Assembly: GCA_965228875.1 (NCBI GenBank)
Contig: OZ245843.1
Location: 4,322,616-4,386,615 of the forward strand
Direction: 5' to 3'
Length of the DNA: 64,000 nt
Origin: Thalassobaculaceae bacterium
Lineage (GTDB): Bacteria; Pseudomonadota; Alphaproteobacteria; Thalassobaculales; Thalassobaculaceae
The translations under genes and the position numbers were made by a program. Positions 23,118 through 32,063 of the stretch are shown in pieces. Within the stretch, counting starts at the first letter, position 1. Each line of letters opens with the position of its first letter. Below the pieces are notes generated by a model. That model was not told where the DNA came from, searched no databases, and saw only the letters and a list, made by a program, of their open reading frames with translations.

Positions 23118-24719
23118 CTACCGCCCCGCCGTGTCCTCGTCGGTCATCCGGCCTGCGGGCCGTTCGGTCTTCTCCGGCGGGGTGCGGAGCGCGCGGAACA
23201 CGAACGTCGCCAGTTCCGAGTGCTGGAAGAGTTCCTCGATCAGGTTCAGCGGGCGCCAGCTCAGGGTGTCGCTGCGTACGATGCCGGGCCAGTTGAGGCG
23301 CCGGCGGATATGTACGCCGTTGGCGCGCATCACCGTGGCGAACTCTTCGGCCAGGATGCCCTGACCGATGGCGCTCGGATGCACGCCGTCCAGACTGAAC
23401 AGCCCGCCCTCGTAGACCCGGTCGTTCTCCGCCCGGTAGTAGCGGGTCGTCGGCGCCAGGGCGGGACCGCCGGGCAGCGCGACGGTGGCCCGCGCGGAGT
23501 CGTAGCGGCGCAGGACCTCGTCGCCGCGGAACGCCTCCAGCAGTGCCGGAGGAAAGGCATAGGTCGGGCGGCCGTCGTTGCGCTTGATCGCGGCCCGCAA
23601 CAGGGCGGCGGCGATGTCGACGATATGCAGGCGCGGCCGGTCCAACCGGGCGTTGGCCTCGTCCACGAGACGGCGGATGGTGGCGTTGAAGCCGGCGATG
23701 CGGGTGTCGATCTTGACGGCGTCGTCCCGCGTCAGATGCGGCGTGTCGTCCCGCATGGCCGCGTCCTCTTCCAGCATCACGTAGGCGTAGCGCTCGTAAT
23801 AGTTGGCGCCCAGGTCGACCACGCCGAACGGATCGGTCGTCCGCGACGCCTGTCCGAAACCCTTGGCGATCGGCGCGACGGTGACCGCCGGAACGGTGCC
23901 GAGGAAAACCTGCCAGTTCGGCGACCGGGTCCGATGCTCCGGCGCGTCGAGGATCTCCAGGATCATGTCGAGCAGGTGGGCGTAGTCCTGCTCGAACTGT
24001 TCCGGCGTGGACAGGTTGATGTTCATGCGCGCGCGGTGGTCGGCGGTGGCGTACTCGGCGGGACCGGTCAGGTCCTCCCTGATCCGCATGTGCAGCACCG
24101 TTCCGAGTGCGTTGTTGGCGCCCAGGAACAGAACGAGGTTCTCCACCCCGTCCGGGTCGCGCTCGGCGTGGTGGCGCAGCCATTCGACCTGGCTCATGGC
24201 GTTCAGCGAGCTATCCGCCGACGGGTTCAGCACCCGGAAGGCGCTGCGGTAGAAGGCATCGCTCGGCGTCGCGAAAGCCTGGTCCTCGAACGGTTTGCTT
24301 TCACCCGCGAGCAGCTGGTCCAGCGCCACCTCGGGCGTCAGTTGCCACGCGTCGGACACGGTGAAGCCGAAGGAGGCGAGGTTGTGAAAGCTTCGCACCC
24401 CGTTTCCGTAGGGTTTCATGAAATCGCCGGGCCCGCGCTCGTAGTAGTCCTCCAACCGGTCGAGGAAGTCGCCGACCCGCAGGGCCGCTCCCTTCCACTC
24501 GAACGGCCCCCGGATATCGTCACCGTAGTATTTCGACAGGTGACGGAGCAGAGCCTCGGCGTTCAACGGTATGCCGCCGAGCGGCCAGCTCGGGTGGCGG
24601 TAATCCGCCAGCTCCATCATGCGCGCCAGCAGAGTGCTGTAGCAGAGTTGAGTCTGTGCCGCGCCGGCCGACATGAACCCTTGGGATATGGAATCCCCGA
24701 TCGTCACCAGCCGCGCCAT
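23118..24719 (-). CDS. Large SGNH/GDSL-like hydrolase
   Basis: IGDS (block I), GANN (block III), DGVHP (block V). Confidence 0.7.
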   Translation of the reverse strand: MARLVTIGDSISQGFMSAGAAQTQLCYSTLLARMMELADYRHPSWPLGGIPLNAEALLRHLSKYYGDDIRGPFEWKGAALRVGDFLDRLEDYYERGPGDFMKPYGNGVRSFHNLASFGFTVSDAWQLTPEVALDQLLAGESKPFEDQAFATPSDAFYRSAFRVLNPSADSSLNAMSQVEWLRHHAERDPDGVENLVLFLGANNALGTVLHMRIREDLTGPAEYATADHRARMNINLSTPEQFEQDYAHLLDMILEILDAPEHRTRSPNWQVFLGTVPAVTVAPIAKGFGQASRTTDPFGVVDLGANYYERYAYVMLEEDAAMRDDTPHLTRDDAVKIDTRIAGFNATIRRLVDEANARLDRPRLHIVDIAAALLRAAIKRNDGRPTYAFPPALLEAFRGDEVLRRYDSARATVALPGGPALAPTTRYYRAENDRVYEGGLFSLDGVHPSAIGQGILAEEFATVMRANGVHIRRRLNWPGIVRSDTLSWRPLNLIEELFQHSELATFVFRALRTPPEKTERPAGRMTDEDTAGR

Positions 24720-24799
24720 CCCATCCTCCGCGAAGAAGGTTCAAGACGCATTCAATGGTGGTGGATCGCCGCGCCGGTGTCGATGGCCGGGAGCGTGAA

Positions 24800-25576
24800 C
24801 TATGCCACGGTGAACAGCCTGCCCCGGCCCTCGATGCGGTCGTCGATCCCGGCCTTGCGCAGGCAGTCCCAGATCATCGCCTGGTTGCTGACGACCACGG
24901 GTTTGCCGAGCGCCCGTTCCAGCGGATCGACGATGCCGATGCTTCGCAGCGCGCCGCAGCTGAAGAAAACGGCGTCGGCGTCGGGGTGGCGGGCGGCCGC
25001 CGCGGTCGCGTACGCCGCCAGGAAGTCGGGCGGCAGGCGGACCATGTCGCTGTCCTTCTCCAGGCCGAGACCGTACAGCCCGTCGACGGTGAACCCCCGC
25101 GCCTCCAGATAGGCGATCTCGGCGTCGTTCACCGGTTCGACATACGGCGTGCAGACCACCAGCCGGCGGGCCTGGAGCGCCTCAAGGGCGGCGATGACGC
25201 CGGTGATGATCGACGTCGGCACCGCCTGCGGCTGGCCGCGCCGCAGCTCGTCGAACACCCGATCCTCGCCGATCACCAGGCTCCCGGAGGTGCAGGCGTA
25301 GCAGACCACGTCGAGCGACCCGTCGGGCAGCAGCAGGCCGGCCGCTTCCGCCAGGAGATCCGCCTGGGCGGCCAGGGTCTCGACGGTGATCCTGTCCGGA
25401 ATGGCGAGACGGGTGATGTGGACGCCGACACCCTCGGGGCGCAGGGACATGACATCGTCCTGCACGGTCTGCTCGGTCGCCAGCAGCAGGTAGCCGATCT
25501 TGGCCCGCCAGTGGACGCCCCGGTCGAAACGGGCGGCCGGCATCGCGGGACGTTCTGTGTCGGGCGGGCTCATCAC
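24800..25576 (-). CDS. Maleate isomerase / Asp-Glu racemase (EutA/AMDase-like) family protein
   Basis: YACTSGS, TPY, SCGAL, SNQA. Confidence 0.85.
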   Translation of the reverse strand: MMSPPDTERPAMPAARFDRGVHWRAKIGYLLLATEQTVQDDVMSLRPEGVGVHITRLAIPDRITVETLAAQADLLAEAAGLLLPDGSLDVVCYACTSGSLVIGEDRVFDELRRGQPQAVPTSIITGVIAALEALQARRLVVCTPYVEPVNDAEIAYLEARGFTVDGLYGLGLEKDSDMVRLPPDFLAAYATAAAARHPDADAVFFSCGALRSIGIVDPLERALGKPVVVSNQAMIWDCLRKAGIDDRIEGRGRLFTVA

Positions 25577-25657
25577 CGCAGTGTGCGCCCGCGCGCCGGC
25601 CCTGTCATCCGGGTCCCCGCTCTGTCATCCGGGTCGATGTGACGCTAGGATACCCCG

Positions 25658-26248
25658 ATGAACAAGGCATTCGTGAAAGAAGACGACGGCGGTCTCGACG
25701 GTTGGGACGAGACCGACGAGGTGCATGACGACGCCGAAGAGGCGCTCGACGCGCAGATGGGCCGCAACCTGGTCACTCTGACCGGGCTGTCGGCGCTGCG
25801 GGCGGAGCTGAAGCAGCTGCGGACCGTCGAGCGGCCGAAAGTGGTCGATGTGGTGTCCTGGGCGGCCGGCAACGGCGACCGGTCGGAGAACGGCGACTAC
25901 ATCTACGGCAAGAAGCGGCTGCGCGAGATCGACCGCCGGATCCGTTACCTGTCCAAGCGCATCGACACGGCCGAACCGGTCGATCCGGCGCAGCAGAAGC
26001 ACCTGGACCGGGTGTTCTTCGGTGCCACCGTGACCTACGCCGAACTGCACGAGGACGGGTCGGAGAGCGAGCACACGATCCGCATCGTCGGCGTCGACGA
26101 GGCCGATACCGAGGCCGGGGCGGTAAGCTGGATCTCGCCGATCGCCAAGGCGCTGATGAAGGCCGAGGTCGGCGACGCGGTCACGGTGCGCACGCCCCAG
26201 GGTCCCAGGGAGATCGAGGTGGTGGATATCCGCTACGGCGCGGACTAG
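25658..26248 (+). CDS. greB: Transcription elongation factor GreB
   Basis: WAAGNGDRSENGDYIYGKKRLREIDRRIRYL. Confidence 0.95.
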   Translation: MNKAFVKEDDGGLDGWDETDEVHDDAEEALDAQMGRNLVTLTGLSALRAELKQLRTVERPKVVDVVSWAAGNGDRSENGDYIYGKKRLREIDRRIRYLSKRIDTAEPVDPAQQKHLDRVFFGATVTYAELHEDGSESEHTIRIVGVDEADTEAGAVSWISPIAKALMKAEVGDAVTVRTPQGPREIEVVDIRYGAD

Positions 26249-26291
26249 CCTAGCCGTCGACCCTCCGCCGACCCACATCGCAGGTCCCGTT

Positions 26292-26849
26292 ATGCGCAGG
26301 CGCAGCTCCGGAATTCTCACCGCCGCGTTCCTGTTCCTCATCGCGTTCGCGGCCGCCGCGCCGGGGCGGGCCGCGGACTTGGCGCCGACGGCGGCTCCGG
26401 CCGACAGCGCCGAGGTGCTCGAGCGCAATCTCTACAAGACGATCACCTACGAGGTGCTGACCAACGGGTTCGACGCGGCGATGTACGGCCTGGTCCTGGG
26501 CGGTTCGGCGGCGGGTGCGCCGCTGTTCATCGCCGCGAACGCGACCCTGGCCGCGGCGTCGTACTACGCCCACGAGACGGCCTGGGATCTCGGCTTCTCA
26601 GAGCCGGAGCCGTTCGGCGGCTGGACGCTGGCGGTGCGTACCGCCACCTACCGGGTGGTGAGTTCGTCGAAGACCTACGGTCTGGCGCTGCTGTTCACCG
26701 GCGATCCGGTGGCGGCGACCGGGTTCGCCGTCGTCGGGGCGGTGGCCGACGTGACGGTGTATCTGGTCAACGACTGGGCGTGGAACCGGTACTGGCCGCT
26801 GACCCGCCCGACGGAACCGCCGCCGCGCACGGTCCTGATCCGGGGATAG
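26292..26849 (+). CDS. Membrane protein with two DUF2061-like repeats
   Basis: Repeated KT/RT-x-TY...YxxxE/DxAW pattern after a signal peptide. Confidence 0.55.
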   Translation: MRRRSSGILTAAFLFLIAFAAAAPGRAADLAPTAAPADSAEVLERNLYKTITYEVLTNGFDAAMYGLVLGGSAAGAPLFIAANATLAAASYYAHETAWDLGFSEPEPFGGWTLAVRTATYRVVSSSKTYGLALLFTGDPVAATGFAVVGAVADVTVYLVNDWAWNRYWPLTRPTEPPPRTVLIRG

Positions 26850-26855
26850 CGTCCG

Positions 26856-27677
26856 TCAGTCCTCGCGCCACCAGCCGTCGGTCGTCGGCAGGTAGCGAGG
26901 TAGGCCGGCCACGATGCGCTCCGGATAGTCGGGCCAGTCCGGCAGGATCAGATCCGGCAGCCCCATGTCCTCGGCCGCGATCGACCGCAGGGTCGACCAG
27001 TCCAGCGCCGGTGTTCCGCCGCCGCGGCGATGGGCGTGGCGCAGGATCTCCACCTCCTGGGTCCAGAAATAGATCTCCGAGGGCCGGACGTTGTCCACCA
27101 TGGCCCGCACGTCGGCGACCCGACCGGTGCCGATCAGCGGTTGCCAGATGTCGATCTGCAGCACGTCAACCGGGGTCGACGGGATCCAGGTCCGGGCGTC
27201 GCCCTCGACGATCTCGAGTTTCGCCCGTGCCGTCTCGGGCAGGCTGTCGAAAGTCCCCATCCGGGCGTTCAGGTCGATGATCTGCGGATCGAACTCGACC
27301 ACCGTGACTTTGTCGACCGCGTCGCGCACCGCGGCGTTGGTCGCCGCCCAGCCCATGCCCATGCCGAAGATGACGGTATGCCCGCGCGAGGCGCGGACGC
27401 CGATCACCTGGCTTTCCAGCTCGAACGGTGTCATCGACATCCAGGTCTGGGTACCGCGGTCTTCGGTCGGACCCGTCAGGATGACCATGCCGCGCATCGG
27501 CATGAAGCCGGAGAAATAGCCGTTCATGCCGAGGCTGAAGCGGATTTCGATACGCCAGGGACCGCTGTCGAGTTGCCGGTAGACCGGATAGACCAGATCG
27601 CTCCCGAGCACTTCCGCCGCCGGGCCGAGCAGCATGCGGGTGTCGATGACCTCGCTATCGGGTGAAACCGGATACAT
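26856..27677 (-). CDS. Hypothetical SAM-binding (methyltransferase / spermidine synthase-like fold) protein
   Basis: FGMGMG, VVEFD, IVEGDA, DIW. Confidence 0.65.
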   Translation of the reverse strand: MYPVSPDSEVIDTRMLLGPAAEVLGSDLVYPVYRQLDSGPWRIEIRFSLGMNGYFSGFMPMRGMVILTGPTEDRGTQTWMSMTPFELESQVIGVRASRGHTVIFGMGMGWAATNAAVRDAVDKVTVVEFDPQIIDLNARMGTFDSLPETARAKLEIVEGDARTWIPSTPVDVLQIDIWQPLIGTGRVADVRAMVDNVRPSEIYFWTQEVEILRHAHRRGGGTPALDWSTLRSIAAEDMGLPDLILPDWPDYPERIVAGLPRYLPTTDGWWRED

Positions 27678-27852
27678 ACTTCCCTCGCGCCATGCGTGCT
27701 TGCGCATCCTTGTTCCATGCCCGCCGCGGGGCCGCAAGCCCGCCACGCCGTTCCGTGGCCTGTCCCGTGCCGTTCGACGCATTGACCGGCGCTCGCTCTA
27801 CTGGCCACCATGCGCGCCGATCAAAGAGACGAAGCCAAACGGGGAGCGAGTG

Positions 27853-28908
27853 ATGGCGGCGAACAAGAAGGCGGTGGTGGTCGGCGCGCTCGGCGTGATC
27901 GGCCGCAAGCTGATCGAGGATCTGGGGCGGCGCGGCGGCTGGGAGATCGTCGGCCTGTCGCGGCGCAAGCCGGATTTCGAGAGCCCGGCCACCTACATCT
28001 CGGTGGACCTTCTGGACCGGACCGACGCCGAGGCGAAGCTCGGCGCGCTCACCGACGTGACCCACATCTTCTACTGCGCGTTCCAGGCCCGGCCGACCTG
28101 GGCCGAGCATTCCGCGCCCAACCTCGCCATGCTGGTCAATGCGGTCGAACCGATCGAGGCGGCGTCGCCGGGCTTCGAACACGTCCACCTGATCGAGGGC
28201 AACAAGTGGTACGGCTCGCACCTCGGGCCGTTCAAGACGCCGGCGCGGGAGGACGACCCGCCGCACATGCTGCCGAACTTCTACTACGACCAGGAGATGT
28301 GGCTGCGCGCGGCCCAGGCGGGGAAGGCGTGGACTTGGTCGGCGCTGCGGCCGCAGACGGTGTGCGGTTTCGCGCTCGGCAATCCGATGAACATCACCAC
28401 CTGCATCGCGGTCTACGCCACGATCTCCAAGGAGCTCGGCCTGCCGCTGCGCTTTCCCGGCAAGCCCGGCGCCTACGAGGCGGTCTATCAGGTCTGCGAC
28501 AACCAGCATCTGGCCAACGCCATGGTCTGGTGCGGTACCGATCCGAACGCCGCGAACAACGTGTTCAACGTCACCAACGGCGATTTCTTCCGCTGGAAGA
28601 ATGTGTGGGGCCAGTTCGCGAAGTTCTTCGACATGGAGGTCGGCGATCTGCAGACCATATCCCTGACGGAGTTCATGGCCGACAAGGGACCGCTGTGGGA
28701 CAGCATCGTCGAGAAATACGGGCTGCAGAAGATTCCTTACAAGGATGTCGCCGCCTGGCCGTTCGCCGACTACGTCTTCGGCACCGACTGGGACGTGATG
28801 ACCGATACCCTGAAGCTGCGACTGCACGGCTTCCACGACTGCCTGCGCACCGACGAGATGTTCCTGCGCATCTTCCAGGAGTTCCGCGACATGAAGGTGG
28901 TTCCCTGA
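27853..28908 (+). CDS. Atypical SDR oxidoreductase (PRISE / progesterone 5-beta-reductase-like)
   Basis: GALGVIG, GLSRR, PNFYYDQE, FNVTNGD. Confidence 0.85.
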   Translation: MAANKKAVVVGALGVIGRKLIEDLGRRGGWEIVGLSRRKPDFESPATYISVDLLDRTDAEAKLGALTDVTHIFYCAFQARPTWAEHSAPNLAMLVNAVEPIEAASPGFEHVHLIEGNKWYGSHLGPFKTPAREDDPPHMLPNFYYDQEMWLRAAQAGKAWTWSALRPQTVCGFALGNPMNITTCIAVYATISKELGLPLRFPGKPGAYEAVYQVCDNQHLANAMVWCGTDPNAANNVFNVTNGDFFRWKNVWGQFAKFFDMEVGDLQTISLTEFMADKGPLWDSIVEKYGLQKIPYKDVAAWPFADYVFGTDWDVMTDTLKLRLHGFHDCLRTDEMFLRIFQEFRDMKVVP

Positions 28909-28938
28909 GCCGCCTATGCCGCCGGAGGTGACGGCGGG

Positions 28939-30246
28939 ATGCTGCGTGTCGGGCTTCGGGTCTGCGTGTTCGCCGTCGTCGCTCTGCTGGCGACGGCGGC
29001 GCACGCGGATGCCAGGCGCGATGTCATCGACCTGCTGAACGCCCACCGGACGGAACGCGCCCTGCCGCCGGTCTTCGAGGATTCCCGACTGTCCGCCGCC
29101 GCGCAGGGCCATGTCGACGACATGGCGGCACGGGGCTATGCCGCCCTCGACGCGCCCGGCGGGCCCCGGTTCGACAGTCGTGTCGCGCGTACCGGCTACC
29201 GACCGCTGGGACTGGCCCGGACCGTCCTGTTCGGTGATCGGCAGCCGGCTGAGGTGGCGCGGGAGGTGATGAATTCGCCGCGATTGGCGGCGGTGGTTCT
29301 GTCGGATCGGCCCCTGGATGTCGGGGTCGGCTATCGCGGGACGCCGTTCACGGTGAAGGACCGGGGCGTGGCGACCGGCGCCTGGACCGTCGTCGTCGCG
29401 ATCAGGCCGCCGGACCCGCTGGCCGACCCGGTCCCCGTTCTGCTTGCCGAGGTCAATCGGGCCCGCGACCGCAGGGGCGTGGCGCCGGTGCGCCTGAACG
29501 ACCGTTTGTCGCGCGCCGCCGTCGCCCATGCTGAGGACATGATCCGGCGCGGCTATTTCGACCATGTCGCCCCCGACGGCGGAACGCCCGCCGACCGGCT
29601 CCGGCGTGCCGCCTACGACTATCTGACGTATGGAGAGAACCTCGCCGCCGGCCAGGGCTCGCCGCGCGCGGCCGTCGAGGGATGGGATGGCAGCCCCGGT
29701 CACGCGCGCACCATGTACGACACGGCCTTCGACGAGGTCGGTCTCGCCTATCGGCTCGGCCCGATCGAGCGCCGATCCGGGACCAGCTACCACGTCTGGG
29801 TGTCCGTCTACGGCAGAGGTATAGGGGCCCCGCTGCATCGCTCCGACGCGGCGGTCGACCTGTGGGAGGGGATCCGCGATCGTCGGGTCGCCGATGGCGG
29901 TCCCCCGATCCGTCTGACCCCGGAACTGACCACCATCGCCGAGGACATGGCGGACGACATGGTCAGGCGCGGCTACCTGGACGTCGACGCGCCGCGGGGC
30001 GGACCGACGCTCAACGATCGGGTGGCCCTGGTCTCGGACCGGTACCGGTCGCTGAACGCCGTGGCGGTCGCCGGCCAGACAAGCGCGGCGGAGGTGCTGG
30101 CCGAACTGGGCGCGGGCGGTCACGATCGGGCGATCCGCAACCGGGCTTTCGCCGATATCGGCATCGCCTACCGGTTCGGGCCGGTCGAGGTCGGTGGCGC
30201 CGACTACCACCACGTCTGGGTTCTCCTGTTCGGCCGCCCGCGATGA
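28939..30246 (+). CDS. Secreted protein with three CAP (SCP/PR-1) domains
   Basis: Three repeats of NxxR...HxxDM; central repeat has GENLA and SPGH; signal peptide. Confidence 0.8.
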   Translation: MLRVGLRVCVFAVVALLATAAHADARRDVIDLLNAHRTERALPPVFEDSRLSAAAQGHVDDMAARGYAALDAPGGPRFDSRVARTGYRPLGLARTVLFGDRQPAEVAREVMNSPRLAAVVLSDRPLDVGVGYRGTPFTVKDRGVATGAWTVVVAIRPPDPLADPVPVLLAEVNRARDRRGVAPVRLNDRLSRAAVAHAEDMIRRGYFDHVAPDGGTPADRLRRAAYDYLTYGENLAAGQGSPRAAVEGWDGSPGHARTMYDTAFDEVGLAYRLGPIERRSGTSYHVWVSVYGRGIGAPLHRSDAAVDLWEGIRDRRVADGGPPIRLTPELTTIAEDMADDMVRRGYLDVDAPRGGPTLNDRVALVSDRYRSLNAVAVAGQTSAAEVLAELGAGGHDRAIRNRAFADIGIAYRFGPVEVGGADYHHVWVLLFGRPR

Positions 30247-30300
30247 GGTGACACGCCATCCCGCCGCGTCGTAGCCTTCTCCTCCCATCCGGAGGCTCCC

Positions 30301-30714
30301 ATGACTGACATTCCCTTCACCCTGGCCGGCCTCGACCATGTCGTGATCCGCGCCCGGGACATCGATGCCATGCTCTCCTTCTACCGTGACGTGCTCGGCC
30401 TCAGGGTCGCGAAGCACAACGCGCCGCTGGGCCTGTGGCACCTGGATACCGGCGGGTCGATGATCGATCTGGTGGACATGAACGGTACCCTCGGTCAGGC
30501 CGGCGGCCCGGCACCGGACGGCGCGCCGAATGTCGACCACGTGGCGATCAAGCTGGCCGAGTTCGACGAGTCGGCGATCCGCGCCTACCTGGCGTCCAAG
30601 GGGGTCGACAGCCAGGAGGCGAGGGTGCGGTTCGGCGCGCGCGGCGACGGGCCGTCGATCTATCTCAACGACCCCGACGGCAACGGGGTGGAGCTGACGG
30701 GAACGTCGGCCTGA
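30301..30714 (+). CDS. VOC / glyoxalase family protein
   Basis: LDHVVI, FYRDVLG, DPDGNGVEL. Confidence 0.88.
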   Translation: MTDIPFTLAGLDHVVIRARDIDAMLSFYRDVLGLRVAKHNAPLGLWHLDTGGSMIDLVDMNGTLGQAGGPAPDGAPNVDHVAIKLAEFDESAIRAYLASKGVDSQEARVRFGARGDGPSIYLNDPDGNGVELTGTSA

Positions 30715-30727
30715 AGGGGAGGCAGCA

Positions 30728-31921
30728 GTGAAGGTCACCGGCATTGAGACCATCCGCCTGGACGAGTTTCCGAACCTGCTCTGGGTCCGCGTCGAGACGG
30801 ACGAGGGGATCACCGGCCTCGGCGAAACATTCTACGGCGCGCAGTCGGCCGAGGCGCATATCCACGCCATCATCGCCCCGTACCTGCTCGGCAGGGACCC
30901 GCTGCAGATCGAGCGGCACCACGCCAACCTGATCGGCTATGTCGGCTTCACCGGCGCGGGGGCCGAGCAGCGCGGGCGATCCGCCGTCGACATCGCGCTC
31001 TGGGATCTATGGGGCAAGGCATCGGGGCAGCCGATCCACCAGCTGCTCGGCGGCGCCACCCGCGACGACATCCGCGTGTACAACACCTGCGCCGGCTACC
31101 AGTACGTCCGCCAGAAACCCGTGCAGGGCACGGCCAATTTCGGCATCGGCGCCGAGGAGGGGCCTTACGAGGACCTGGAGGCGTTTCTGAACAACGCCGA
31201 CGAGCTCGCCCATTCGCTGCTGGAGATGGGCATCGACGCGATGAAGATCTGGCCGTTCGACTATGCGGCCGAGGCCAGCCAGGGCCACCACATCTCGGCC
31301 GCCGACCTGAAGAAGGGACTGGAACCGTTCGAGAAGATCCGCGCCGCCGTCGGCGACCGCATGGACATCATGTGCGAACTGCACTCCATGTGGAACCGGC
31401 CGAGCGCGGTCAGGATCGCCCGCGCGCTTGAGGATATCGAGCCGACCTGGGTCGAGGATCCGGTGTTCATGGATCATCTCGGGTCGCTCGGCGAGGTGGC
31501 CCGCGCCACATCTTCCCCGATCGCCGTCGGCGAGACGCGCGGCGGCAAGGCGGATTTCCGCTATCTTGTCGAGCTGGATGCCCTCAGCGTCATCATCGCC
31601 GACCTGACCTGGTGCGGCGGACTGACGGAGGGTCGCAAGATCGCCACCCTGTGCGACGCCTGGCACGTGCCGGTGGCGTTCCACGACTGTACCGGACCGG
31701 TGGCGCTGTGCGCCTCGACCCACCTGGCGCTGCACACCCGCAACTGCTTCATCCAGGAGATGGTGCGGGCCTTCTACTACGGCTGGTACGGCGATCTGGT
31801 CACCGAACTGCCCCCGGTCGAGAAGGGCCGGATCCGCGCGCCGGACGGCCCGGGGCTCGGCCTCGACCTGCTGCCCGACATCGCCGATCGCCCGGACGCC
31901 CGGGTGCGACGCAGCCGGTAG
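30728..31921 (+). CDS. Mandelate racemase / muconate lactonizing enzyme family protein
   Basis: GLGE, SAVDIALWDL, WVEDP, GE, HDC. Confidence 0.9.
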   Translation: MKVTGIETIRLDEFPNLLWVRVETDEGITGLGETFYGAQSAEAHIHAIIAPYLLGRDPLQIERHHANLIGYVGFTGAGAEQRGRSAVDIALWDLWGKASGQPIHQLLGGATRDDIRVYNTCAGYQYVRQKPVQGTANFGIGAEEGPYEDLEAFLNNADELAHSLLEMGIDAMKIWPFDYAAEASQGHHISAADLKKGLEPFEKIRAAVGDRMDIMCELHSMWNRPSAVRIARALEDIEPTWVEDPVFMDHLGSLGEVARATSSPIAVGETRGGKADFRYLVELDALSVIIADLTWCGGLTEGRKIATLCDAWHVPVAFHDCTGPVALCASTHLALHTRNCFIQEMVRAFYYGWYGDLVTELPPVEKGRIRAPDGPGLGLDLLPDIADRPDARVRRSR

Positions 31922-32063
31922 AACGCGATCGGCTCAGATCAACTCGATCTGAACCGAGAAACGCCTTCTAAGTGGTCAAAGTTTGCTCTGGCCGATCGGG
32001 GAACCGTGGTCGGCGTGCGCAGGGATTAGAGTACGATCGGTTCGGATCGGTTCGAATTGAACC
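31919..32063. repeat. Palindromic interspersed repeat, copy 2, plus a degenerate partial copy 3 (32027-32063)
   Basis: TAGAACGCGATCGGCTCAGATC-N5-GATCTGAACC...TTCTA matches 3241-3301; TAGAGTACGATCGGTTCGGATC follows. Confidence 0.65.
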
